The translations under genes and the position numbers were made by a program. From an uncultured Planctomycetaceae bacterium (GTDB lineage Bacteria; Planctomycetota; Planctomycetia; Isosphaerales; Isosphaeraceae), in contig CAWIAD010000002.1 in assembly GCA_963833985.1 (NCBI GenBank), forward strand, positions 5,440,001 to 5,504,000: DNA of 64,000 nt. The letters run 5' to 3'. Positions 51,826 to 61,988 of this stretch are shown here, one piece after another. The notes beneath the pieces are model-generated. The model did no database searches, had not been told where the DNA came from, and saw nothing but the letters and a program-made list of their open reading frames with translations. Position 1 is the stretch's first letter; the number at the start of each line of letters is the position of its first letter.

Positions 51826-52938
51826 TCAGGTCAGCGAGATCGGTTCGAGCATCGGCGGAGGTACGCCCGTGTCCTCCAGCCGGCGCCGCAACTGGCCGCA
51901 CGCGGCGTCGATGGTCTGACCCCTGGTCTTGCGGACCGTGGCACTGACGCCCTGCGCGCGCAGCAACGTCACGAAGTGCCGGACGGCCTCGGGCTGCGGG
52001 CGCTGGAACGGCAGGCCGGCCACGGAATTGTACGGGATCAGGTTCACGTGCGCCTTGCGGCCGCGCAGCCGCCGTGCCAGCGCGCGGGCGTGCTCGGGAC
52101 GGTCGTTGACCTCGTGCAGCAGAATGTATTCGTACGTGATCTGGCGGCCCGTGGTCTGAAAGTAAAAATCCGCCGCCTCCAGCACGGCGCCCAGCCCCAC
52201 CTTCTCGTTCACGGGCACGAGCTTGTTGCGCAGTTCCTCGGTGGGTGCGTGTAGCGAGACCGCCAGGTGGTATTGCCGGTCGAGCAGGGCGAGCCTGCGC
52301 ATCTTCTCGGGCAAGCCGACGGTGGAGATGGTTACCCGGCGCTGGCTGAGGCCTAACCCCAGGTCGGCCGCGGGTGCACAGAGCCGATCGAGGGCCGGAA
52401 TGAGCTGGTCCAGGTTTGCCAGACTTTCGCCCATTCCCATGACCACGATGTTCGTGATCGACTCGCCGGGCGGCAGCAGGTTCCGCAGCCGGAGCACCTG
52501 CTCGAGGATCTCACCGGAGCTCAGGTTCCGTTCCACGCCCTTCAAACCGCTGGCGCAGAAGACGCATCCCATGCCGCAGCCGACCTGCGTGCTGATGCAG
52601 ACCGTCCGCCTGGGATCCTCGATCATCAGCACGCACTCCACGCGCCGGCCGTCGTGGCATTCCAGCAAGAGCTTCTCGGTACCCTCACCGCTACGGCCGT
52701 GGAAGAGCACGCGCGTTCCCAGCACCGACCAGCGCGCGGCCAGATCCGAGCGGAGCGACCGCGGGACGTCTGTCATGCCATCGAATGATTCCGCCCGGCG
52801 CTGGATCACCCACTGGAGGACTTGCCGCGCGCGGTAGCCCGGGTGGCCCTGGCTGATCATCCAGGCATGCCACTCCTCGGGCGTCGCCTCCAGGAGGAAA
52901 CGCCTGTCCATGACCGGTTGTGTCGCGTCGTCTCTCAT
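51826..52938 (-). CDS. rlmN: 23S rRNA m2A2503 methyltransferase RlmN
   Basis: CISTQVGCGMGCVFC, MGMGE, SLHAP, NLIPYN, IDAACGQL. Confidence 0.95.
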   Translation of the reverse strand: MRDDATQPVMDRRFLLEATPEEWHAWMISQGHPGYRARQVLQWVIQRRAESFDGMTDVPRSLRSDLAARWSVLGTRVLFHGRSGEGTEKLLLECHDGRRVECVLMIEDPRRTVCISTQVGCGMGCVFCASGLKGVERNLSSGEILEQVLRLRNLLPPGESITNIVVMGMGESLANLDQLIPALDRLCAPAADLGLGLSQRRVTISTVGLPEKMRRLALLDRQYHLAVSLHAPTEELRNKLVPVNEKVGLGAVLEAADFYFQTTGRQITYEYILLHEVNDRPEHARALARRLRGRKAHVNLIPYNSVAGLPFQRPQPEAVRHFVTLLRAQGVSATVRKTRGQTIDAACGQLRRRLEDTGVPPPMLEPISLT

Positions 52939-53109
52939 GCCGCCGGGTTGACCGTGTGCCGGTGAGCTTGATGTCTCGTGTCGTGAGCCCTGTTCATTCT
53001 AGTGCTCTGGCACGGCTCTTCCAATGCGGGCTCGACCCCGTATCCTGGATAGAGCGATGCATCTGGGAACAAAGAGCACGAAACGTCACTCCTTGCAGGA
53101 CAGGCCGGC

Positions 53110-54006
53110 ATGACCGACGCCGATGAATTGATTGCCCGATGCCGCGTGCCGGAAAAGCACAAGGTCCGTCTGGAAGACCACGACCCGGATTGGGCCGGCG
53201 ACCCCAAGCTGCCCAAGAGCGAACGCAAGCAGCTTGCCCAGGATTCGCTGAGCCAGAACGTCTCCGCGCTCGCCGATGCCCAGGAACGGCTCTACGCCGC
53301 GGACCGCTGGTCGATTCTGCTGATCTTTCAGGCGATGGACGCCGCGGGCAAGGACAGCACCATCAAGCACGTCATGTCGGGCGTCAATCCCCAGGGTTGC
53401 CAGGTCTTCAGCTTCAAGCATCCGTCGGCCGAGGAGCTCGATCACAACTTCCTCTGGAGGTATACCCGCTGTCTCCCGGAGCGCGGGCGGATCGGCATCT
53501 TCAACCGCTCCTACTACGAGGAGGTCCTGGTGGTGCGGGTGCATCCCGAGCTGGTTGCCGCCGAGCGAATCCCGGAGACCAAGATCGATGAAGACTTCTG
53601 GGAGGACCGGTACGCCGATATCAACGCCCTGGAACGGCACCTCACGCGCAACGGCACGGTGGTGCTCAAGTTCTTTCTCAATGTCTCCAAGAAAGAGCAG
53701 CGCAAGCGGTTCCTGAAGCGGCTGGACGATCCCCGCAAGCACTGGAAGTTCGCGGCGGCGGACCTGGTGGAGCGCGGCTTCTGGAGCGACTACATGCGGG
53801 CTTACGAGGATGCCCTGAGCGCAACCAGCACCAAATGGGCCCCCTGGTACATCATCCCTGCCGACCACAAGTGGGTGACCCGCGGCCTGGTGGCCCACAT
53901 CATCACCTCCCGGATGAATGAGCTTGAGCTCCGCTACCCCGAGCCGACGCCCGAGCAGGAGACCGCCATCGAGCAGGCCCGCAAGCAACTTGGCGAGGAG
54001 GACTGA
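53110..54006 (+). CDS. ppk2: Polyphosphate kinase 2 family protein (single domain, class III-like)
   Basis: QAMDAAGKDS, FNRSYYEEVL, APWYIIPADHKW. Confidence 0.93.
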   Translation: MTDADELIARCRVPEKHKVRLEDHDPDWAGDPKLPKSERKQLAQDSLSQNVSALADAQERLYAADRWSILLIFQAMDAAGKDSTIKHVMSGVNPQGCQVFSFKHPSAEELDHNFLWRYTRCLPERGRIGIFNRSYYEEVLVVRVHPELVAAERIPETKIDEDFWEDRYADINALERHLTRNGTVVLKFFLNVSKKEQRKRFLKRLDDPRKHWKFAAADLVERGFWSDYMRAYEDALSATSTKWAPWYIIPADHKWVTRGLVAHIITSRMNELELRYPEPTPEQETAIEQARKQLGEED

Positions 54007-55909
54007 TGAAACGGCCAGGCCCGATGGTCCTTGTCCTCTGCCTGCTGCTGAGCCAGCAGGCTGTGGCCAGCCTGGAGGCCGTCGAGCCGGCCCAGGCGCC
54101 CGTGGTGATCACGCGCCGGCAGCTTGCGACGGGCACCATCAGCCCCCTGCAATACGGCCAGTTCATCGAGTATCTCTGCACCTTGATCCCGGGCATGTGG
54201 GCCGACAAGCTGGACGACGGCAGCTTCGAAGGGCTCACGCCGTACAAGGTTGTCTACCTTGGCGAGACTGATTTCCGCGAGCGGCCCTGGTATCCCACAG
54301 CGCCACCAACCGCGCCACCTTCGAGCGCGACCGCATGCACAAGGTGAGCGGGGAGACCTCGTACCGGATCGCCGCTGCGGAGGAAGTTCCCTGCACCGTG
54401 GGAATCGCCCAGGATGGGCTGGCCGTCCAGCGCGGGCTCGCGTGCGGGTTCACCTGCTCGATCCGCTCGCAGGAGATCCGCCAGCCGATCCGCGTCCGGC
54501 TGCATCACGAAGGCATCGAGCTGGCGCGCTGCGAGTTCCCGCCGGGCCGGAATGACGGCTGGCAGAAGCGGCATGCCTGGCTGGTTCCATCGGCCAGCAA
54601 TGACCGTGTGACCCTGACGATCGAATTTCAAGGCCCGGGAACCCTCTGGCTTGACAACGCGAGCCTCATGCCCGAGGACGCCATGGGCGGCTGGCGGAAG
54701 GACGTGGTCGAGGCCGTGCGCGCGCTCAGGCCGGGCGTCATCCGCTTTGGCGGCAGCGCCCTGGACGATTCCAACCTCGGCCAGTTTGACTGGCGCTCGA
54801 CGATTGGCGATCCGGACCAGCGCCAGCCGTTCCGCGCCTGGGGCGGTCTTCAGCCGACCGGACCGGGACTCGAGGAGATCGTCCAGTTCTGCCAGCTCGT
54901 GCACGCCGAGCCCCTGCTCTGCGTTCGCACGACCGGGCGAACTCCGGCCGATGCCGCCGAAGAGGTCCGTTATTTCAACGGTCCGGCCGAAAGCCCCTCA
55001 GGCGCCCTGCGTGCCCGCAACGGCCATCCCGAGCCGTATCACGTGCGTTTCTGGCAGGTGGGCAACGAGCGCAGTGGGGCGGAGTACGAGGCCCGTCTCA
55101 CCGAGTTTTGCCAGGCCATGAAGCAGGCAGACCCGACGATCTCGCTGCTCTCGTCCTACCCAACGCCCGGTGTGCTCGGTCGCGCCGGGAGCTGGCTCGA
55201 TTTCGTCTCACCCCACCACTACGATTGTGCCAACCTGGCGGGAGCGGAAGCCGACTTGCTGGGCATCCGCCGCCTGATCCAGGCCCACGGCGCAGGCCGG
55301 TCGATTCGCGTTGCGGTCACCGAGTGGAACACGACGGGCGGCGACTGGGGACCGAAGCGCGGCCGGCTCTGGACGCTGGAAAACGCCCTGGCGTGCGCTC
55401 GCTACCACAACCTGCTGCACCGCCAGGGCGACTTCGTGACCATCGCCTGCCGCTCCAACTTGACCAACAGCTTCTGCTCGGGCTGCATCCAGACCGACAA
55501 CCACCGGCTCTACAAGACGCCCACCTACCACGCCCAGAAGCTCTACGCCACCCTGGCGGGCAATCGACCCCTGCGGATCGAAGGCCCTCCGCCTGCCGGG
55601 GCCGGGCTGGACCTGAGCGCCACGCTGACGGCGCAGGAAGATGCGGTTGTGCTGTTCGCGGTCAATGACGGCCGGCAAGCGGTCACTCGTTCCCTTGACT
55701 TTTCCGCCTTCGGCGCGTCTGGCCAGCCGCTGGACGTCTGGACTCTGGCCGATGGCCGCCAGGCGGGCGAGCCCGACGCGAGGAACAACTTCTCCGACCC
55801 CGAGCGCGTGGCCCCATGTCAGACCACGATCGCGGCGCCCGCCCCCCGGTTCGAGCACACCTTCCCGCCGCTCTCGCTCACGGTGCTGCGCTGGCGTGTC
55901 CACGGGTGA
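54006..55909 (+). CDS. Secreted alpha-L-arabinofuranosidase-like GH51 enzyme (frameshift near 54300)
   Basis: YGQFIE, GWRKDV, IRFGG, VGNE acid/base, VTEWN nucleophile, HTFPPLS. Confidence 0.85.
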
Positions 55910-55999
55910 CGGGACGGGACAGGCCGACACGAGGCAAGTCGAGACGGGGCGAGACGGTCTTTCCCGGCATCCCGTCACGCGGCGTAAGGGCTTTCAGCT

Positions 56000-58542
56000 T
56001 CAATAGGACGCCGCCGGCTCGGCCCCGGGGGCGACCGTCCAGGGCGTCCAGGCCAGCACCACTTTCTCGACCGTGATGTCGGCTTTCCTCGGCGTCAGCT
56101 CGATGGCCTCGAGTGCCAGGGCGTTGGGCAAGAGCCTGGCGTCGAGCTTCTCCACCTCGGATTGAAAGTCCAGCTCCAGGTCCGTGAAGTTCTCCAGGGC
56201 GCGGTCCAGCTCGGCCTGGGCCGTTCCCAGGTCGCCGCTTTGCTGCATGGCCTTGCTCGCGGCCCTGGCGGCCGATGAGGCCTTGCCGACGTTGGTCTTG
56301 CTGATCGTCTTCTTGCCCAGGAACGCACCCAGGACCGAGTTGCCGAAGGCGATGGCCGCATCCCACTTGGCCTTGCTCGCCTGGGCCTCCTCGCGGTCCA
56401 GCCGCTCGCGCGCTCTGCGGACATCCTCCTGAAGCTTGCTCCGCTTCGCCGCATACCTGGCCCGCAGCTCCTCGGTCGCGCGGTCACGCGCCTCGCGGGA
56501 ACCTTGTGCCAGCCGGAGCCGAAAGTCACGCTGCGATTCCCCGGCCCGGGAATACTCCTTGAGCCTCCGGACACGACCAGGCCGTGAGCTTGTGCTCGCG
56601 GTAGAGATGGTTCTTCAGTCCCTTGCTGAAGTCGGTGTACGACTTCGCACGCGCTAGCACTCCCGGCAGCGGATCGAACTGTGCTCCCGGTTCCGGCGCC
56701 TTGTCCAGCTCGGGCAGGTGGTCCGTGTGGATCTCGGCGCCGGCCCAGAGATCCTCCGGCAGCTCCTCACGGGCATGCTGCAACAAGCCCAGGGTTTCCC
56801 AGTGGTCGATGCCGGCTTTCTTTTCCACGTAATGCAGGCGGGCCACGCCCAGGACGGCGGGGCGGTAGCGCACGCGCGGTTCCGGCATCCTGGGGTCCGC
56901 GGCGCGGGATGAAGAACTCGGGCACGTCCGGAGGCACGACCGGGCGGCTGCTCGTCGCGGCCCGGTTCGCCGATGGTCCCGGGCGGACCGGGTGCGCTGG
57001 TGTGCCGGATGGTGCCGTCGCGCCAGACGCAGTGGGCGCGCCGGATGCAGTGGTGGCGCCGGGTGGAGTCATCGTGCCGGACGCGGTGGCCGTGCTGGTT
57101 TCATTGCCAGAGGCCGGAGCGGCCTTCCGCGGTGCCATGAGCGTCTGGATCTGCTCGCGGTTGAGCGGCCCGCGGAGGTAGGAGAGGGCCCACCGGCTCT
57201 GGAACACGGTGGGCTGGTCCTGGTGCACGTTGTTCATCAGGAAGACGCGGTTGGAGAGGCTGGAAAGCGTCTCGTCGATCTGCCGGCGATCGAGGGTCTG
57301 CCCGGCCGCGCTGGATGCACCCTCCAGACCGTCGAGCACGCGGTCCTTGTCGCGCTTCGTCTGCAAGCGGCCCAGGAACCAGGTACCGGCGTTGGAGAGG
57401 CCCTTGTAATCGAGGTCCACCGGGTTCTGGGTTGCCAGCACGACGCCCAGGCCATAGGCCCGCGCCTGCTTGAGCAAGGTGAGCATGGGCAGCTTGGAGG
57501 GAGGGTTGGCCGTGGGCGGGAAATAACCGAAGATCTCGTCCATGTAGAGCACGGCGCGCAGGCTGGAGGTTCCCGGCTGGGTGCGGACCCACGCCAGGAC
57601 CTCGTTCAGCAGGATGGTGACGAAGAACATCCGCTCGCTGTCGGAGAGGTGCGCGATCGACAGGATGGAGAGGCGCGGCTTGCCATCCGAGGTGTAGAGG
57701 AGGCTGCCGACATCGAGCGCCTCGCCTTCCATCCAGGCCGAGAACCCCGGCGAAGCGATCAGGTTGTTGAGCTTCATCGCCAGGGCGAACCGCTCGCGGG
57801 CCGGGTAGAAGGTCTCCAGGTCCATGACGCCGACCCGGTCGAACCCCGGCGACTGCACCGCATGGATGAAGCTGGCCATATCCAGGTCGTGGCCGGCGCG
57901 CCAGGCCTGGTCGAGCACGTTGGCCAGGAGGATGTGCTCGCGGCTGGAGATCGGGTCCGCCTCGATACCCAGCAGCGCCAGCAGGCCGGAGACCGACGAG
58001 GTGATGCGCTCGCGGTACGCTTCCGCCTGGCTCACGAGCGCCGCGGGCGGGGCCGAGAACGACCGCAGGACCGTGAGCGGCAGACCCGCGCTGGAGCCGG
58101 GAGTGTAGATCGCCAGGTCGGCGGATTCCTGGAACCGCCGGATCCGCCCGCCGTCCTGTCCCCAGGCGGCCAGGCCCTCTTGCCACACGCGGGCCGTTTG
58201 CTCGGCGAACTCCTCCCGTGAGAGCCGCTTGCGGCTGGCCTCGTCGGGGTCGACCCAGGGCGCGAAGTCCTGCCCGCGGAGCTCGGGGAAGCCCAAGAGC
58301 AGGTTCCCCAGGTCGCCCTTGGGGTCGATGGCGATCACCGGAATCCCGTCGATGGCCGCTTCCTCCAGCAGCGCCAGACAGAGCCCCGTCTTGCCGCTGC
58401 CGGTCATGCCCACGCATACCGCGTGCGTGGTCAGCTGCTTCGATTCATAGAGGACCAGCTGCGTGCCGAGCTTGCGCTCATCGAGGTTGTATTCCTTCCC
58501 CAGGTAAAAGTATCCGAGCTTCTCGAAATCGGGATTCTTCAT
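56000..58542 (-). CDS. HerA/FtsK-like P-loop ATPase (DUF87-type) with C-terminal coiled coil (frameshifts near 56875 and 56565)
   Basis: [36 protein letters not shown]. Confidence 0.88.
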
Positions 58543-58579
58543 GGAACCGCTCTCGCAACGTCCATCGCCGTTTGCCTGA

Positions 58580-59464
58580 TCAGGTGGTACCGGCGTTGTT
58601 TCCGTCTCCGCACTTCTGCTTCACCCGCTCCTGGTAGTGGTCGATGAAGTGGGCGGAGATCCGCCCCTGCACGGCCTGCCAGAGGCGCTCGATCTGGGTG
58701 GATTCCAGGAGCTGGTCGGCAACGGTCCCGGCCGACTGCTGGAGTGTCTCGAGCGCCGAGGCCACGGCCGCCACGGCCGCCAGCGACACCTCGCTCTGGC
58801 AGTGAGCGTACGTGTTGGCCACCAGGCTGATCGTGGGCAGGAGGGGCACGGGATCTTCCAGGTTCACAAACCGGTAGATCTTGCCGGCGAACTCCTTTTC
58901 AAGGGCCCGCGCCGCGGTGTCGTTGCCGATCATGGGTGAGCCGAAGGTGACGACCTCGTGCACCGGCACGAAGTTGCGCTGCAATCGCCAGGAGGCCAGC
59001 ACCGCCAGGGCGCCGCCAAGGCTGTGACCGGTCACCCAGAGCGGCCGGTCGCCGGCTTCCACTGCCTTGTTCACCGCGGCGAAAAGGGGCTCCCAGATCG
59101 CATGGAGGGCCTCCATGAAACCGCGATGGAACCGCGCCCCCACGCCGGCCGCGGCGAAGTCCGTGCCGATCTCGCCCTCTGGCAAGATCAGGTAATTGTT
59201 GGCGTTGGTCAGGAGCCAGTCCTTCAGACCATCCAGCGTGTTGGGCGCCTGCGAGCCGCGAAACGCAACCACGATGAGCTTGTCGTTCTCCGCGACATAA
59301 ACCTGCGTGCTATCCACGCTGATCAGCTTGGCCTCGAGGCCGAGCTGCTCGCGAAAGCCATCCGGGCCGGCCGGCGGGTCGAGATACGCCAGGCTGCACG
59401 CGAACGACAGGAACAGGGCGTTCCGAGCGTCTCCCGGCTTCGTGGCTTCCAGTACCATCGGCAT
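58580..59464 (-). CDS. Lipase class 3 family protein
   Basis: [29 protein letters not shown]-terminal H. Confidence 0.9.
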   Translation of the reverse strand: MPMVLEATKPGDARNALFLSFACSLAYLDPPAGPDGFREQLGLEAKLISVDSTQVYVAENDKLIVVAFRGSQAPNTLDGLKDWLLTNANNYLILPEGEIGTDFAAAGVGARFHRGFMEALHAIWEPLFAAVNKAVEAGDRPLWVTGHSLGGALAVLASWRLQRNFVPVHEVVTFGSPMIGNDTAARALEKEFAGKIYRFVNLEDPVPLLPTISLVANTYAHCQSEVSLAAVAAVASALETLQQSAGTVADQLLESTQIERLWQAVQGRISAHFIDHYQERVKQKCGDGNNAGTT

Positions 59465-59530
59465 GTTCGGTCTCCTGGTCCAAGAGGTCCGTCGGCAGCC
59501 TGGCTGGGTGGCTTCTGGGTGGCTTCTGTG

Positions 59531-60121
59531 TCACCGCAAGACGCGCCGGCCTTCCTTGCCTTGCCTCCACTTGTCGGCACTCTCTGCGCTGACCTTCGTT
59601 CCCGTCAGGTCCAGCCGCAGCAGTGATTCCTTCGCCGCCAGCGCATCTCGAAATCCCTGGTCGGTGACCTCGGTATTCTTGAGCCGCAGCACGCGCAGCA
59701 CCGGCAGATCCTTGAGCACTTGCAGCCCGGCATCGGATACGTGACTGTTGCTGAGGTCGAGGTCCTCGAGCTGGTTCATTCCCTTGAGGTTCTCCAGCGT
59801 CTGGTCCGTCACGTCCGGATTGGCCATCTGCAAGACGGTGACGTCCGGCTTTGATCTCAGGAACGAATAATCCTTGCGGTCCCACCCCGTCAGCGTAAGG
59901 GTTCGATGCCCATCGACCACGCGCTCGCGAGGTCCCAGATCGATCGGCACGAGGAGCTGGTACGTGGGTGGAAATGCCGTGATGGCGAGACCCAGGATGA
60001 TGAGTGCCAGCGGTGCCAGGCCCTTGCGCCAGTGCCTGAAGGCACGCACGACGAGCCCGAGCAAGCCGAGGACGATCACCAGCAGTCCCGCCAGGTGAAT
60101 GTAGAGGGCGTAATTCTCCAT
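59531..60121 (-). CDS. Membrane protein with short leucine-rich repeats
   Basis: Two TMs; LEDLDLSNSHVSDAGL, LRVLRLKNTEVTD, LDLTGTKVS. Confidence 0.8.
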   Translation of the reverse strand: MENYALYIHLAGLLVIVLGLLGLVVRAFRHWRKGLAPLALIILGLAITAFPPTYQLLVPIDLGPRERVVDGHRTLTLTGWDRKDYSFLRSKPDVTVLQMANPDVTDQTLENLKGMNQLEDLDLSNSHVSDAGLQVLKDLPVLRVLRLKNTEVTDQGFRDALAAKESLLRLDLTGTKVSAESADKWRQGKEGRRVLR

Positions 60122-60152
60122 CGCGGTCGATGCACCTCTCAAGGCCGTCGCG

Positions 60153-60415
60153 TCACGGTGTAAGCGGCAGCTTGCAGCCCATATCTCTCAATACGTCCTT
60201 GATCGCGTGCACGAGCTGGGCAAGGTCGGCCTCGAAGAGACGGCCAATCGTGCCGATCCGGAACGTATCAACCTTCGTCAGTTTGCCCGGGTAGATGATC
60301 ATACCATGGTCGCTGAGCCGTTGGTAAAACTCCGCGAACGGGAACGCGGGGTCGCTGGGGTAATGAAATGCCGTGATGATGAAGCTCTGAACGCCGGGAT
60401 CGAGGAACGGGACGA
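60153..60415 (-). pseudogene. phnW: C-terminal fragment of 2-aminoethylphosphonate-pyruvate transaminase
   Basis: QSFIITAF, FY..L...G..IYPGKLT..DTFRIG; only about 85 codons present. Confidence 0.8.
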
Positions 60416-60432
60416 ACAGAAAAGCCCGCTCC

Positions 60433-61808
60433 TCACCCGGCAAGGCCCAGCTCCTTCTCGACCTCGGCGATGGATTCCTCCAGGATCTCCAGGGCCCGGA
60501 GCATCTCAGACTCCGTGACGATCAAGGGCGGTGTGAGCGTGAGCACATTCCCCATGGTCGTCTTGAAATTCAGACCGCGGCTCAAGGCCCGGTAAAGCAC
60601 GGCATCCGCCGCGTCACAGGCCGGCTCGCGTGTCGTCCGGTCCAGCACCAGCTCCGCACCCATCAAGCAGCCGCGGCCACGGACATCGCCAATCAGGGGA
60701 TGCCGGTCCATCATCGCAGCCAGCCGCTTCAATCCCAGGGCGCCGACCCGGGCGGCATTCGCGACCAGTTCCTCCTCCCGGATGATCTGGAGCGTTGTCA
60801 GTCCCGCCCGTGCGGTGACCGGGTTCTTCTCATGGGTGTAGTGCCCGTACGCATAGGAGCCGCAGACGTCCAGCTCGGGCCGGCAGATCACGGCGGCGAG
60901 CGGTAAGATCCCACCGCCCAGGCTCTTGCCAAGAACCAGGATATCCGGAACCACGCCGTCGTGCTGGCACGAAAACATCGTCCCGGTCTTGCCTAGCCCG
61001 GTGGGGATCTCGTCGAAGATCAACAGGGCGCCGAACTCATCGCAGGCCCGGCGCACATCGGCCCAGAAGCCGGGCGGAGGGAGATAGGGCACCGCCCGGA
61101 CGGGCTCGCCGATGACCGCGGCGACGTCTCCCTCCTTTTCCAGAACGTACCGGATGGTCCGGCGCAGAGCTCGGCACTGCCTTCCGTAACGCCCCAGGCA
61201 TTGCGGTAATCGCCGAAGGGAGGCACGTGCTCGGTGCCGCTCAGCAAGGGTCCGATCGGACCGCCGCGAAACATGGCCTCGCCGCCAATGCTCCGAGCGC
61301 CGAAGCCAGCCCCATGATACGAGTCCCAGAATGAGATCGTCTTGAACCGGCCCGTGGCGGTGCGCGCGTAGGCAAGTGCAATCTCGATCGCGTCGGAGCC
61401 GCTGGGACAGAACAGGACCTTCTCCAGCCCGGCCGGCGCCAGCTCCACGAGCGTCTCGGCCAGCTCGACGGCGGGACCGCAGGTGTACCGCCGCGGTGCG
61501 AACGAGAGCTCGTGCATCTGCCGTGATAAGGCCTCGATGAGCCGGGGATGCCCGTAGCCGATATGGTGCACGTTGTTGCCGTGGAAGTCCATGGAGCGCC
61601 GGCCCTGGAGGTCCTCGATCCAGATTCCCTCCGCGTGGCGCACGGCGGACAGGCAGGGTGTGGAGACGGATTGCCTGAGGAAAACCCGGGCATCACGCGC
61701 GACCAGCGCACGGGTGGCGTCATCCAGGTGCGCTTCCGACCAGGCCTGCCGCCTTGGCGATTGGTTCGTATCCCCTTCCGCCTCGGCAATCCGCTTTCCA
61801 GGTTCCAT
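60433..61808 (-). CDS. pbfA: Class III aminotransferase-fold (R)-1-hydroxy-2-aminoethylphosphonate ammonia-lyase (frameshift near 61160)
   Basis: EGDTN, FLRQSVSTPCL, DFHGNNVH, FDEIPTGLGKTG, LGKSLGGG, HYTHEKNP; adjacent to phnW fragment. Confidence 0.8.
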
Positions 61809-61988
61809 CCGCGGTTTCTTCCTCCACGGCGGTTCGCGCGACGAGGTCAGCAGCAGCGTCGTGACCGACCAGGAATTGGAACATGAGCCAGGGCTCTGGA
61901 AAAGCCCCCTGACTCAAATCAGGAGGGCAAGCGGCCGCCGCAACAGTTCAGCCCTTCCTTGAGGAGGACAGGTACCAGCCGGAACAGT

